Assembly (NCBI GenBank): GCA_964653765.1
Contig: CAZZGQ010000001.1
Span: 5,456 to 69,455, forward strand
Length of the DNA: 64,000 nt
DNA from: an uncultured Elusimicrobia bacterium
GTDB lineage: Bacteria; Elusimicrobiota; Elusimicrobia; UBA1565; UBA9628
Direction of reading: 5' to 3'
Both the position numbers and the translations under genes were made by a program. The notes under the pieces are model-generated. The model did no database searches. It was not told the origin of the DNA and saw nothing but the letters and a program-made list of their open reading frames with translations. Positions 8,855 to 18,187 of this stretch are shown piece by piece (the stretch's first letter is position 1; every line of letters starts with the position of its first letter).

Positions 8855-9580
8855 ATGCATCCACTCCAGATTGCCGTGCTCGCGGGCGGCGCGCTGCTGG
8901 CGTCGACCTTGGCGGCCGTCACGGGGTTTGGCGGCGCTGCCGTGCTGCTTCCCCTGCTCGTGTGGGTCTTCGGATTGCGCGAGGCCGTCCCCATCTTGAC
9001 CGTTGCCCAGCTGATCGGGAATGCAAGCCGAGTCTGGTTCAACCGGAAGCTCATCGACTATCGCGTCGTCGGTTGGTTCGCTCTCGGCGGCGTGCCGCTG
9101 GCGCTGGCCGGCGGCTTCTTCTTCGCGCGCGCGCCACTCGCGGCGCTCACTAGGGTGCTCGGAGTTTTCCTGCTCGTGATCGTCCTCTTGCGGCATTGGA
9201 AGCGTCTAGCGTGGCCGAGGCCGTCGCTGCGTCAGTTCGCGCTCATCGGAGCCTGCTCGAGCTTCCTGTCGGCCCTCCTGGGCAGCGTCGGCCCGCTGAT
9301 GGCGCCTTTCTTCCTGGCGTATGGCCTGCTCAAGGGAGCGTATATCGGCACGGAGGCCCTCGCCACCGTGGTGATGCACGTCTTTAAGCTGATCGCTTAT
9401 CGGCGGTCGGATCTCTTGGAATGGCATAACATCCTCATCGGGCTTCTTCTTGGCCCAATCATGGTCTTCGGCTCCTTCTGCGGCAAGAAGATCGTCGACG
9501 CCCTGCCGGAGGAGGCTTTTGTCCTCATCATCGACATCACGCTCGCGGCGGCCGGCCTCCTCTTTCTCGTCCGCGGCTGA
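8855..9580 (+). CDS. TSUP (TauE/SafE) family membrane transporter
   Basis: 241 aa, ~8 TM, with Gly-rich repeats (GFGGAAVLLPLL / GSVGPLMAPFFL). Confidence 0.75.
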   Translation: MHPLQIAVLAGGALLASTLAAVTGFGGAAVLLPLLVWVFGLREAVPILTVAQLIGNASRVWFNRKLIDYRVVGWFALGGVPLALAGGFFFARAPLAALTRVLGVFLLVIVLLRHWKRLAWPRPSLRQFALIGACSSFLSALLGSVGPLMAPFFLAYGLLKGAYIGTEALATVVMHVFKLIAYRRSDLLEWHNILIGLLLGPIMVFGSFCGKKIVDALPEEAFVLIIDITLAAAGLLFLVRG

Positions 9581-9590
9581 GTTGACCGGC

Positions 9591-10157
9591 TCATTGTACA
9601 GCGCAGAGCAGGCGCGCGAGGAAGCCAATTCCGACGACGGCGAAGACGATCGCTGCCGCCCGGTGAAGGGCGTGCATTGGAAGCCGGGATTTCGAGTAAT
9701 GCCCGATCCATGACGCAAGGCCGGCGATGGACCAAAACGCCAGAGTTGCGGGAACCGCGACCGTCCCGGCGCCGTATTTCGCCGCGAGCGCGGCCGTCGC
9801 CAATTGGCTGGGGTCGCCCCATTGGGTCAAAAAGATCATCCCGAAGGCTGTTGCGAAGCCCGAACCTTTTCTAATCGGACGCTCGGTTCCGTCTGCCTGG
9901 CGCCAGGCCCAGACGGCGAGAGCGAGAAACAGCGTGCCGACGGCGCCGTGAACGAGCTTCGCAGGAAGCAGCGCTATCAGCTTTCCCAGGGCCAGCGCGA
10001 TGCCGACGTGAATGGTGAACGCGACGCCTGCCCCAAGGAACACCGCTCCCGGGTGAGAACCGGCGGCCAGCACGATGGTTGCCAGCGTCGTCTTTCCCGC
10101 CAGCTCGGCCAGGAAGATCAGCGAAAAGGAAGAAGCGGCCGCGCGATAGTCGATCAT
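9591..10157 (-). CDS. UPF0016/GDT1-like family membrane protein (putative cation transporter)
   Basis: 188 aa, 6 TM, with two degenerate E-x-G-(D)-K/P-(T/S) repeats (ELAGKTT, QWGDPSQ). Confidence 0.45.
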   Translation of the reverse strand: MIDYRAAASSFSLIFLAELAGKTTLATIVLAAGSHPGAVFLGAGVAFTIHVGIALALGKLIALLPAKLVHGAVGTLFLALAVWAWRQADGTERPIRKGSGFATAFGMIFLTQWGDPSQLATAALAAKYGAGTVAVPATLAFWSIAGLASWIGHYSKSRLPMHALHRAAAIVFAVVGIGFLARLLCAVQ

Positions 10158-10276
10158 AGGGACGCGAACATCGGTACGATCAAGCGTGCCAGGATGGCGG
10201 CCCGACCACCCAGTTCCTCCGGAAAATGATCCGGACCCTTGCCGACAGGAGATTGGACCATTTCAGCATGGAGTCT

Positions 10277-10786
10277 TCAACGCTTGGCGACGCTGCCCAA
10301 ATCCTGCGCAATGACGCGATCAAATTCGTCGTTGAGATTGAACAGACGCCGGAGTCGGCGCTGGATCCTTGCGTCGGGCTTGCTCAGGTCGGCCTCGTAG
10401 CGGATGATCGTGAACGGCTTCACGGCAAGCATCGCGGCGAGTTCTTTGAGCTTTAGGGCGCGGCGCGTCCTGAGGTTGCGCATCCAGCCCCCGAAGGTTT
10501 TGGGAGGAAAGACGAAGTCGTATGGGTCGCCGTTTGTCTCCGGGAATGCTTGGGTAAAGCGCCCTTTCAGCGCCGGGAGCAGCCTGCCGAGAATCCGAGG
10601 CATGCTCCGGACCCTGACCTTGTCGCGCTCGACGCGGGTCAGTATGCTCTCCCAGACGCCGCTCTTCTTGGCCAAGTCGCATTGGGTCATCCCCAAGCTT
10701 TTCCGCATGTAGCGAATGCGCTGGCCGAGAGAAGCGCGTGTCGGGTCCGGAAACACGAAAAAAACGGGTTTAACGCTCCGCTGCAA
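10277..10786 (-). CDS. XRE-family two-HTH transcriptional regulator (paralog of 2219-2743)
   Basis: ~80% aa identity to the regulator at 2219-2743, including conserved 5' DNA (TTGTTACCCGCTA motif at 10794). Confidence 0.6.
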   Translation of the reverse strand: MQRSVKPVFFVFPDPTRASLGQRIRYMRKSLGMTQCDLAKKSGVWESILTRVERDKVRVRSMPRILGRLLPALKGRFTQAFPETNGDPYDFVFPPKTFGGWMRNLRTRRALKLKELAAMLAVKPFTIIRYEADLSKPDARIQRRLRRLFNLNDEFDRVIAQDLGSVAKR

Positions 10787-10909
10787 AAGGGGTTTGTTAC
10801 CCGCTACATCCCTTCTGGGACCCCAGCTTTTTTCAGTTCTGCTACGCGGCTCCTCGCCGTCGACGCCATCTGGAGCGACGGCGAGGAATCGTATACGGGC
10901 GTACGCGAT

Positions 10910-11430
10910 TCAATGCGCCGGTGGAGGCGCTTGGACCAAGGCATAAGTCCGCGCTCCAAGCACGGTACCCGCGATGGGTGCTGCCCAATACAGCCAATGA
11001 TGCGCGAAGTTCAGCGACACGAGCGCGGGCGCGAACGAGCGTGCCGGATTCATCGAAGCGCCCGAGATCGGTCCACCGAACGCCGCTTCGAGCGCGATGA
11101 GACCGCCGATCGCGATCCCCGCCATCGCACCCTCCGCCCGGTCATCGGTGGCGACGCCCATGATCGTGAGCATGAGCATGAAACTCATGATGAGCTCGAG
11201 CAGAAAGCTCTGGCCTTCGGAACCGGCGGGCAGGGTCACGCCGAGGTTGTTCGGTTGTCCCGCGAAGAGCCACCGCAGAACGAGCGACGCGGCGACGGCG
11301 CCGGCAAGCTGCGCGGCGATGTACGGCAGAAGCTCCGCCGTCTTGTGCCGTCCGGCCGAATAGAACCTATGGTCACGGCTGGATTCATATGCGCCCGGGA
11401 GGCAACGCCGCGCATCTGCTCGTTTGGCAC
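10910..11430 (-). pseudogene. Aquaporin/aquaglyceroporin (MIP family) pseudogene: 5'-truncated and frameshifted
   Basis: First NPA (AHMNPAVTIG) is in one frame (11236-11430). The rest (FYSAGRHKTAELLPYIAAQLAGAV...GVATDDR...GASMNPARSFAPAL, second NPA) is in another frame. The two are joined by an apparent 1-bp loss in a T-run near 11365. No TM1-TM2 coding sequence exists upstream. Confidence 0.6.
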
Positions 11431-11652
11431 CTCTCGCCGATGCTGGTGGTGATCCTCGCTGCCGGCGTTTTCGGGCGGCAGCTACTCGGCGGCAGGTAGC
11501 CGGGCCTTGGAGTGCCGGCGTCCGACTTTACCCTTCCCGCGGCCGGAGGCGGACAGGTGCACCTCTTACCAGGTGTCGAGCGGAGCGTCGTTCAACTTTT
11601 ACGCAGCCGTTGTTTGATGCTAACGCCCCGCCGAATAGAATGACGCTTACCC

Positions 11653-12015
11653 ATGAGAAGGAGACAGGTCATCTGGACGCTCGTGCTCGCCATGCTGGCC
11701 TCGCCCTTGCACTGCCTCAGCGAGGAGATGGCGAAGCCGCCCGTTCTCCAGCCGACTGCCTCCTTGTCGATGCCGCGCCAGAATGCCCCGGTCGTGGGCA
11801 TCAGGATGTGCTGCCACCCCACCGAAGGCGTCGTTCCCGTTGACGCGTCTATTCAGGCTCTGAAACGCGCTGCCACGGCGCTGACGCCGGTGGCGCCGCC
11901 GGTCACGCGCGGGTTCCTTATCGAACGCCGCGTCATGAGCCGCTCGCCTGGGCCGCCGGGCGATAGACTGCTAGCTGCCCACATTACTCCTCTGGTCACT
12001 CCCCTCCTCATTTAA
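11653..12015 (+). CDS. Small secreted Cys/His-containing hypothetical protein
   Basis: Signal peptide. CC-H motif (IRMCCHPTEG). Upstream of the second RND gene. Weak evidence. Confidence 0.3.
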   Translation: MRRRQVIWTLVLAMLASPLHCLSEEMAKPPVLQPTASLSMPRQNAPVVGIRMCCHPTEGVVPVDASIQALKRAATALTPVAPPVTRGFLIERRVMSRSPGPPGDRLLAAHITPLVTPLLI

Positions 12016-12109
12016 GCGCCAGCCCGAGGGCGCCGTCTCGCCGCGCCCTCTTCCTCCCCGTCCGTAGGCCATCAAGTCCCCATCGTCGAAACCCGCTGAG
12101 AGGAGAGCC

Positions 12110-15100
12110 ATGCGCCTAGCGCGAATCGCCGTTCACAACCCATACTGGGTCGTCGTCTTGACGCTCATGACAGCGCTCTTGGGCGGCGTCTGCCTGAGCC
12201 TGCTGCCCAAAGACATACTGCCCACCTTCAAGACCTCGGCCGTTCAGGTTGTCACCTTCTACCCCGGCATGCCGGCCGAGGTCATGGAGAAGGACATCAC
12301 GACAAGGCTCGAGCGCTGGACGGGGCAGTCCAACGGCATCGCCCGCCAAGAATCCAAGTCCATGATCGGCGTCTCGATCGTCAAGGACTTCTTCCGTCCC
12401 GACATCGATCCCAATACGGCGATGTCGCAGGTGACGTCTTTCGCCATGTCGGACCTGTTCTACCTGCCGCCGGGGACCATCCCGCCGATGGTGATGCCGT
12501 TCGATCCGACGGCGGCCGTGCCCTTGGCGCTCATCACGGTGCAAAACCCGCGGATGGACGAATCCAAGCTCTACGACGTGGCCTACTTCGACCTGCGCAA
12601 CATGCTCCAAGGCATCCCCGGCGTCATCGCTCCGGCGGTCTATGGAGGGAAGCTGCGCCGCATCCTGGCCTACGTCGACCCCGCGAAGATGGCCGCGCGC
12701 GACCTCTCGAGCCTGGACGTCGTGCAAGCCCTGCGCCAGTCCAACGTGATGATCCCGACCGGCGACGTCAAGCTCGGCGACAAGGACGTGCAGGTCGTGA
12801 CGGACGCTCTCGTGCCCGACGTCGGGCGCATGAACGACTTCCCGATCCGGGCGCGCGAGGGCGTCGAGGTCAGGATGAAGGACGTGGCGACGGTCGAGGA
12901 CTCGCACCAGATCCAGACCAACATCGTCCGCATCAACGGCAAGCGTCAGGTCTACATCCCGATCTACCGCCAGCCCGGCGCCAACACGATCGCTGTCGTC
13001 GACGGGATCAAGAAGGCGCTCTCGCTGATCCTGGAGCGCCTGCCCCAGGGAATGAAGTTGGACGTCGCCGCCGACCAGTCCGTCTTCGTGAGGCGCGCCG
13101 TCGAGAGCCTGTCGCATGAGCTGGTCCTGGGCGGGCTGCTCGCGGCCTTGATGGTGCTTCTCTTCCTCCGTAGCCTGCGCTCTTCCCTGGCGATCTTCCT
13201 CGCGATGCCGCTCTCGATCTTCGCCTGCTTCATCGGGCTCTACGCCACCGGGGACACGCTCAACGCGATGACCCTAGGCGGACTGGCCCTGGCCGTGGGC
13301 CGACTCATCGACGACTCGATCGTGGTGCTCGAGAACATCACGCGCCACATCGAGTCGGGCTCGACGGCGCGCGAGGCGGCGTTGAGCGCCGCCGATGAGG
13401 TCGCCATGCCCGTGTTGGCCGCGACCATCACGACGCTGATCGTCTTTCTGCCGGTCTTCTTCCTGACGGGGATGGGCAAGTTTCTCTTCGCGCCGCTGGC
13501 CAGGGCGGTGGCCTTCTCGATCGGCGCCTCCTACGTCGTGGCGATGACCGTCGTGCCGGCGTTCTGCGACAAGTTCCTCAAGGCGCGCCCGCCCCGGCGG
13601 ACGGCCAGCTCCGATCGAAGGGTCCTTATCGAGCGAGCTATCCCTGCGGTCGAGCGTTGGCTCGAGCCGGCGGTCCGCTTCGTCAGGAGCTCGTTCGGCG
13701 TTCCCCTCCCCGCGCCGCTGGCCTCGCCCGAGCTCTGCGCGGCCGTCGACAGCGTCGCCATGCTGGCGCCCGAGCCGCGTGAATGGCCCCTCTCGTACGC
13801 GGGCTTTGTCCGCGGCTATCGCCGCCTGCTCGCGCGCTCGCTGCCCCGGCGCGGCTGGATCATCGCCGGGGCGTTTGGCGGGCTGCTGCTGTCGCTTCTC
13901 TTATACCCGCGGATCGGCAAGGAGCTTTTCCCGGCCGCCGACGTCGGCCACCTGACGATCCACGCGCGCATGCCGACGGGGACTCGCATCGAGCTGAGCG
14001 AGGCCAAAGCGGCCCAGATCGAACGCGGTCTCAGGGACGTCCTGGCTTCGGACGACCTCAAGCTCGTGATCGCCAACATCGGCGTCCTCAACGACTGGCC
14101 GGCCGCGTACACTCCCAATTCCGGGCCCGGCGACATGTTCTTCGAGGTGGAGGTGGGCGAAGGCCGGCGCCTTTCTACGCAGAGCTGCGCCGACGCGCTT
14201 CGAGCCTACTTTCGCAAGAGTTTCCCGGACGTCGAGATCAGCATCGAGACGGGCGGCATGCTCACAGCGGCTCTGAACATGGGGCTGGCCGCGCCGATCG
14301 ATATCCAGGTGGAAGGCCAGGACCTCAAGGCCGCCCACGAGATCGCGCGCTCGATCGTCGATCGCGTCAAGGGCGTGCCGGGGGCCGTCGACGTGGGCAT
14401 CCAGGAGAGCGTCGACTACCCGCAGATCGCTATCGAGCTTAACCGCCCGAAGATCGCGCGCCTGGGACTCACCGTCGATGAGGTGGTCAAGAGCGTCGTG
14501 ACGGCGCTCAATTCGAGCGTCAACTTCGCCCCCGCATTCTGGATCGACCCCAAGAACGGCAACCATTACTTCTTGGGTGCCCAATACCGCGAAGATGAGA
14601 TCCGCAGCCTCGACGCGCTCAAGGCGATCGGCGTCACTGGCAGCAACCAGGAGCGAACAGTGAGACTGGGCGAGCTCGCGGACTTTCGGACTACGGTCGC
14701 CCCTTCCGAAATACGCCACCTCGACATCAAGCGCGTGATCGACGTCTTCGCGAACGTGTCCGGGCGCGACGTGGGCGGCGTCGCCTCCGATATCGCGCGG
14801 CGGCTGCCAAAGCCCCAGGAGCTGCCGCAAGGCTATCGCATCAGGATGCGCGGCGAAGTCTCGTCAATGAGAGAGGCTTTCGCCAACCTGGGCTTCGGGC
14901 TGCTGCTGGCCGTCGCTCTCGTCTATCTCGTGCTGGCGGGCCAGTTCCGCTCCTTCTTGGATCCGCTTCTGATCCTGTTCGCCGTGCCGCTGGGCCTGAC
15001 GGGCGTCTTGGCGATGCTTTGGGCCACCCGGACGACTTTCAACATCCAGTCGTTCATGGGCGTCATCTTCATGGTCGGCATCGCCGTCTCGAACGGCATC

Positions 15101-16654
15101 CTGCTTGTGGAGTTCGCCAACCGCGAGCTGGCGCGAGGGAAGAGCCCGGATGAGGCTGTCATCGAGGCGGCGGCCGTCCGCCTGCGCCCGATCCTGATGA
15201 CCTCGCTGGCTACGCTGTTGGGCCTTCTGCCCATGGCCGTCGGTGGCGGCCGCGGCGCGCAGGCGAACGCGCCGCTGGCGCGCGCCGTGATCGGCGGCAT
15301 GATGGCCTCCACCGTCCTCGTGCTGCTGCTCGTGCCGCTGCTCTATAACGGGCTGCAAAGGCTCAAGGGGCCGAGGGGCCGGTCCGCGGCCACCGCAGCA
15401 TTGTTGCTCATCCTATTCGCAGCGCCCAAGGCCTCGGCCGAAACCGCCTCGTGGGCGCTGAGCTACGACGACGCCTTGGCCATGGCGCTCAAGGACAACC
15501 CTGGCCTGCTGGCCGCCGCGGCCAGGGTGGAGCAGGCCCGGGCGGCGGTCGTGGCGGCGCAAGCCTCCTACTACCCGCGGCTTGCCGCCTCGGCGATCGA
15601 CTCGTCAGGCATGGGCGGCTCCTCCTCGGCGCTGGGGATCACTGGTCTGGTCAATTCTCCCTACCGCAAGGGCGAGGCGGCCGGCCTGGACGCGGCGTGG
15701 AACGTCTACGACTTCGGACGCACCGCCTACGGGGCCAAGGCGGCGCGGGAGCAGCTCGAGGCCGCGCGGGCCGACGTCGAGGGCTTGAAGCTCGACGTCC
15801 GCGCCAAGGCGGCCGAGGCTTACTGCCGTTGCGCCGAGCTTCAAGGCCTTGGCGCGCTCTTCGAGCGCCAGGGAAGCGACCAGGCGAAGATCGTGGGCGA
15901 GCTGGAGGTCTACGTGCGCTCGGGTCTGCGCACCCCGGTCGAGCTCGGGCTCATGAAGGCCACGCTGGAGGGCATCGGAGCGCGCCGGCAGGAGGCGCGC
16001 GCGCTCGAGGCCGTGGCGCGCGAGGACCTCGCTGCTGTCATGGGCCATAGCGGGTCCGTTTCCTTCTCCTGCGTCTCGGATACCGCCGCGCCCGTGGTCC
16101 CGGCCATCGACGAGTCCTCCGCCCTGTCGCGCCGGCCCGAGCTCGCCGCCGCCCGGCTGCGGGCCGCCGCCGCGCAGGCGCGCTGGCGGGCGGCGGGCCG
16201 GGAACGCTGGCCCGTGTTGTCGGCCGTGGCGAGCGCCGGCGTTCTCTCCGAGACGAGCCTCGTGCCCAAGCAGGAGTGGAGCGCGGGCGTCGGCCTGCGG
16301 CTGCCGCTCTTCGAGGGCTTGCGCTTGGCGTCCGAGGAGAAGGCGGCGGCGCAAGCCGCGCGAGAATCCGAGTATCGCGTCGCGGTGGAGCAGCAAGCCG
16401 CGACGCGCGACGTCAGAGCAGCGGCGGCCTGGGCCGCCGGCGCGCGCGAGAAGCGGCTGCGGTTGGACGAGGAGGAGCGCACCGTCGAGCAAGCCTACCT
16501 GCTCGCCCGCCGGCGCTACTTGACCAAGGCCGGCAGCTTCGCCGACCTGCGCGACGCTCAAGGGATGTATTTTCGGATCGCCGAGGAGGATTTGGGGGCG
16601 GGCGAGGCCGAGCGGCTCGCTGTCGAGCAGCTCAAGATAGCGGCCGGAATGTAA
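12110..16654 (+). CDS. RND efflux permease (AcrB/HAE-type, ~1085 aa) continuing in frame into a TolC/OMF-like outer-membrane-factor domain (~430 aa)
   Basis: 12-TM RND body. After ...LLYNGLQRLKGPRGRS the frame continues without a stop into a signal-peptide-like segment (AALLLILFAAPKASA/ETAS) and OEP-family repeats. No MFP gene is adjacent. Confidence 0.7.
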   Translation: MRLARIAVHNPYWVVVLTLMTALLGGVCLSLLPKDILPTFKTSAVQVVTFYPGMPAEVMEKDITTRLERWTGQSNGIARQESKSMIGVSIVKDFFRPDIDPNTAMSQVTSFAMSDLFYLPPGTIPPMVMPFDPTAAVPLALITVQNPRMDESKLYDVAYFDLRNMLQGIPGVIAPAVYGGKLRRILAYVDPAKMAARDLSSLDVVQALRQSNVMIPTGDVKLGDKDVQVVTDALVPDVGRMNDFPIRAREGVEVRMKDVATVEDSHQIQTNIVRINGKRQVYIPIYRQPGANTIAVVDGIKKALSLILERLPQGMKLDVAADQSVFVRRAVESLSHELVLGGLLAALMVLLFLRSLRSSLAIFLAMPLSIFACFIGLYATGDTLNAMTLGGLALAVGRLIDDSIVVLENITRHIESGSTAREAALSAADEVAMPVLAATITTLIVFLPVFFLTGMGKFLFAPLARAVAFSIGASYVVAMTVVPAFCDKFLKARPPRRTASSDRRVLIERAIPAVERWLEPAVRFVRSSFGVPLPAPLASPELCAAVDSVAMLAPEPREWPLSYAGFVRGYRRLLARSLPRRGWIIAGAFGGLLLSLLLYPRIGKELFPAADVGHLTIHARMPTGTRIELSEAKAAQIERGLRDVLASDDLKLVIANIGVLNDWPAAYTPNSGPGDMFFEVEVGEGRRLSTQSCADALRAYFRKSFPDVEISIETGGMLTAALNMGLAAPIDIQVEGQDLKAAHEIARSIVDRVKGVPGAVDVGIQESVDYPQIAIELNRPKIARLGLTVDEVVKSVVTALNSSVNFAPAFWIDPKNGNHYFLGAQYREDEIRSLDALKAIGVTGSNQERTVRLGELADFRTTVAPSEIRHLDIKRVIDVFANVSGRDVGGVASDIARRLPKPQELPQGYRIRMRGEVSSMREAFANLGFGLLLAVALVYLVLAGQFRSFLDPLLILFAVPLGLTGVLAMLWATRTTFNIQSFMGVIFMVGIAVSNGILLVEFANRELARGKSPDEAVIEAAAVRLRPILMTSLATLLGLLPMAVGGGRGAQANAPLARAVIGGMMASTVLVLLLVPLLYNGLQRLKGPRGRSAATAALLLILFAAPKASAETASWALSYDDALAMALKDNPGLLAAAARVEQARAAVVAAQASYYPRLAASAIDSSGMGGSSSALGITGLVNSPYRKGEAAGLDAAWNVYDFGRTAYGAKAAREQLEAARADVEGLKLDVRAKAAEAYCRCAELQGLGALFERQGSDQAKIVGELEVYVRSGLRTPVELGLMKATLEGIGARRQEARALEAVAREDLAAVMGHSGSVSFSCVSDTAAPVVPAIDESSALSRRPELAAARLRAAAAQARWRAAGRERWPVLSAVASAGVLSETSLVPKQEWSAGVGLRLPLFEGLRLASEEKAAAQAARESEYRVAVEQQAATRDVRAAAAWAAGAREKRLRLDEEERTVEQAYLLARRRYLTKAGSFADLRDAQGMYFRIAEEDLGAGEAERLAVEQLKIAAGM

Positions 16655-16670
16655 ATCAAGGAGGAATATC

Positions 16671-17132
16671 ATGAGAAAGATGTCAGCGACAGGGTTGATG
16701 CTCGTCTGCGTGGTGGTTGGCGCGAGTTGTGCGGCGGCCCAGGGCGCGCAGGAGAAGATCGAAGCCAAGGCAGTGGGTTCGGATAGCTTTACCGGCGGCG
16801 ACACAAGCGATCTCGGCCCGTACCTGACGGTGAACGCGGCCGGCGATCGCGTCGGCGTTCAATTCCGCAAATGCGAGGAGTGGGCCGAGGAAGAGGCGAC
16901 GCCTCAATGCACGCCCGGGCAGCTCGTCTACATCTTCCCGCAGCTTCGCGTCGACCCGCAAAGCAAGCAGGTCATGCTGGGCGATACTCCCGTGGCTCAC
17001 CTTGCCCTGGGCGGCGGGGTCCGGATGTCCAGTGACTACCGCTTGGACTACGCGGTCGTCTCCAAGACCGAGGACACCGGCTTCGAGCGGCGCCCATCCA
17101 AGCACGTTGAGGTGTTCTTGGAGCATCGATAG
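16671..17132 (+). CDS. Secreted hypothetical protein
   Basis: Signal peptide MRKMSATGLMLVCVVVGASCAAAQG. RBS AAGGAGGA upstream. Confidence 0.4.
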   Translation: MRKMSATGLMLVCVVVGASCAAAQGAQEKIEAKAVGSDSFTGGDTSDLGPYLTVNAAGDRVGVQFRKCEEWAEEEATPQCTPGQLVYIFPQLRVDPQSKQVMLGDTPVAHLALGGGVRMSSDYRLDYAVVSKTEDTGFERRPSKHVEVFLEHR

Positions 17133-17230
17133 GAACAGCTATGGGGTCGTCGGCCGCCGCCCGCGCATGGGACGCGGGCGGCGGCTATGGCGAATATCCA
17201 ACGCCTCCCGCTTGTTATTCTAAGGGCACC

Positions 17231-18154
17231 ATGGTTGCGATGGCGGTTGGAGCGGCGCTTTTAACCGGCTCATGTGCCGCGGCCGGCTCGCGGGATTCTC
17301 GGCCGTTTTATGCCATGAGCGAGCCCGCGATCGCCGCAAGCCTCAAGGAAATCCAGGAGCGCGATCGCTCGCTCTCGGCGCGCGTGGAGGCGGTCAGCGC
17401 CCGCTTCCTGGGTACGCCGTACAAGCTAGGCCCGCTGGGCGAAGGGCCTTCAGGGGAGTTCGATCGCGACCCGCTAACGCGTTTCGACAAGGTGGACTGC
17501 ACGACCTTCGTTGAAGAGGTCATGGCCCTGGCTCTCGATCCCGACCTCGGCCAAGCGAAGCGGACTCTTCGGAAGATCCGCTATCGCAACGGGAATGTCT
17601 CGTACGAAACACGCAACCATTTCACGAGCGCCGACTGGGTCCCCAACAACGTCGCGGCGGGCTATCTCGTCGACATCACCAGAGACGTGGCGGGAGCGAA
17701 GACCCGGATCGCCGGCAAGGAGATCTCCAAGCGTGCCTGGTACGCCGGCAAGACGTTGGACGACCTCAAGGGCTGGCGGCCTTCCGATCAAGCCGAGCGG
17801 CGAAGCCGGCTGGAGCGCTTGCGCGCGCTGGGCCGGTCCATGCCCGACCAGCGCGCGGAGTTGCCCTACGTTCCCGTCGCCGACATTCCGCGGATGCTCC
17901 AGAACATCCCCTCCGGCGTCGTCGCCAACCTCGTGCGCGAGGACAGGCCCGACAAGCCGGTGCTGGTCTCCCACCAAGTGCTGCTCATTCGCCGCGGCCG
18001 GACCCTCTACGTACGGCATGCGCGCTACCAGCGCGCAGTCGAGGATAGGCCGTTGGTCGAGTACCTGGCGATCTTCGCCGGCTCGAAGTGGCCGTTGCTC
18101 GGCCTCAACCTCGACCGCATCACCCGGCCGAGCCAGGACGGCCCGAATAAATGA
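17231..18154 (+). CDS. Conserved lipoprotein, possibly DUF1460-like amidase-fold family
   Basis: Lipobox LLTGSC. Conserved core FLGTPYKLGPLGEG...FDKVDCTTFVEEVMALAL. Family assignment is from memory and tentative. Confidence 0.45.
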   Translation: MVAMAVGAALLTGSCAAAGSRDSRPFYAMSEPAIAASLKEIQERDRSLSARVEAVSARFLGTPYKLGPLGEGPSGEFDRDPLTRFDKVDCTTFVEEVMALALDPDLGQAKRTLRKIRYRNGNVSYETRNHFTSADWVPNNVAAGYLVDITRDVAGAKTRIAGKEISKRAWYAGKTLDDLKGWRPSDQAERRSRLERLRALGRSMPDQRAELPYVPVADIPRMLQNIPSGVVANLVREDRPDKPVLVSHQVLLIRRGRTLYVRHARYQRAVEDRPLVEYLAIFAGSKWPLLGLNLDRITRPSQDGPNK

Positions 18155-18187
18155 GGCCCCTCGTTTGTTGTTCAATGAGAAGACAGC

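Noticed and set aside
10786-10870. Protein-level conservation upstream of the second regulator's annotated TTG start (GPRRDVAGNKPLL versus GPRRNIAGNEPFL), suggesting a longer ORF
   Set aside because: No in-frame start codon is available upstream in copy 2. The conservation is explained by the duplicated 5' DNA (promoter/operator) rather than coding sequence.
10550-11452. 300-aa plus-strand ORF
   Set aside because: Overlaps the regulator paralog and is antisense to the aquaporin pseudogene. Low-complexity translation.
12116-13117. 333-aa minus-strand ORF (and several others through 16804) opposite the second RND gene
   Set aside because: Antisense artefacts of the 1514-aa RND-OMF ORF. No domain signatures.
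15340-15420. Possibility that the RND and OMF parts are two genes, with the OMF starting at the in-frame TTG TTG codons
   Set aside because: Both parts are in the same frame with no intervening stop, so a separate downstream gene cannot be called. Kept as a fusion with a caveat in the findings.
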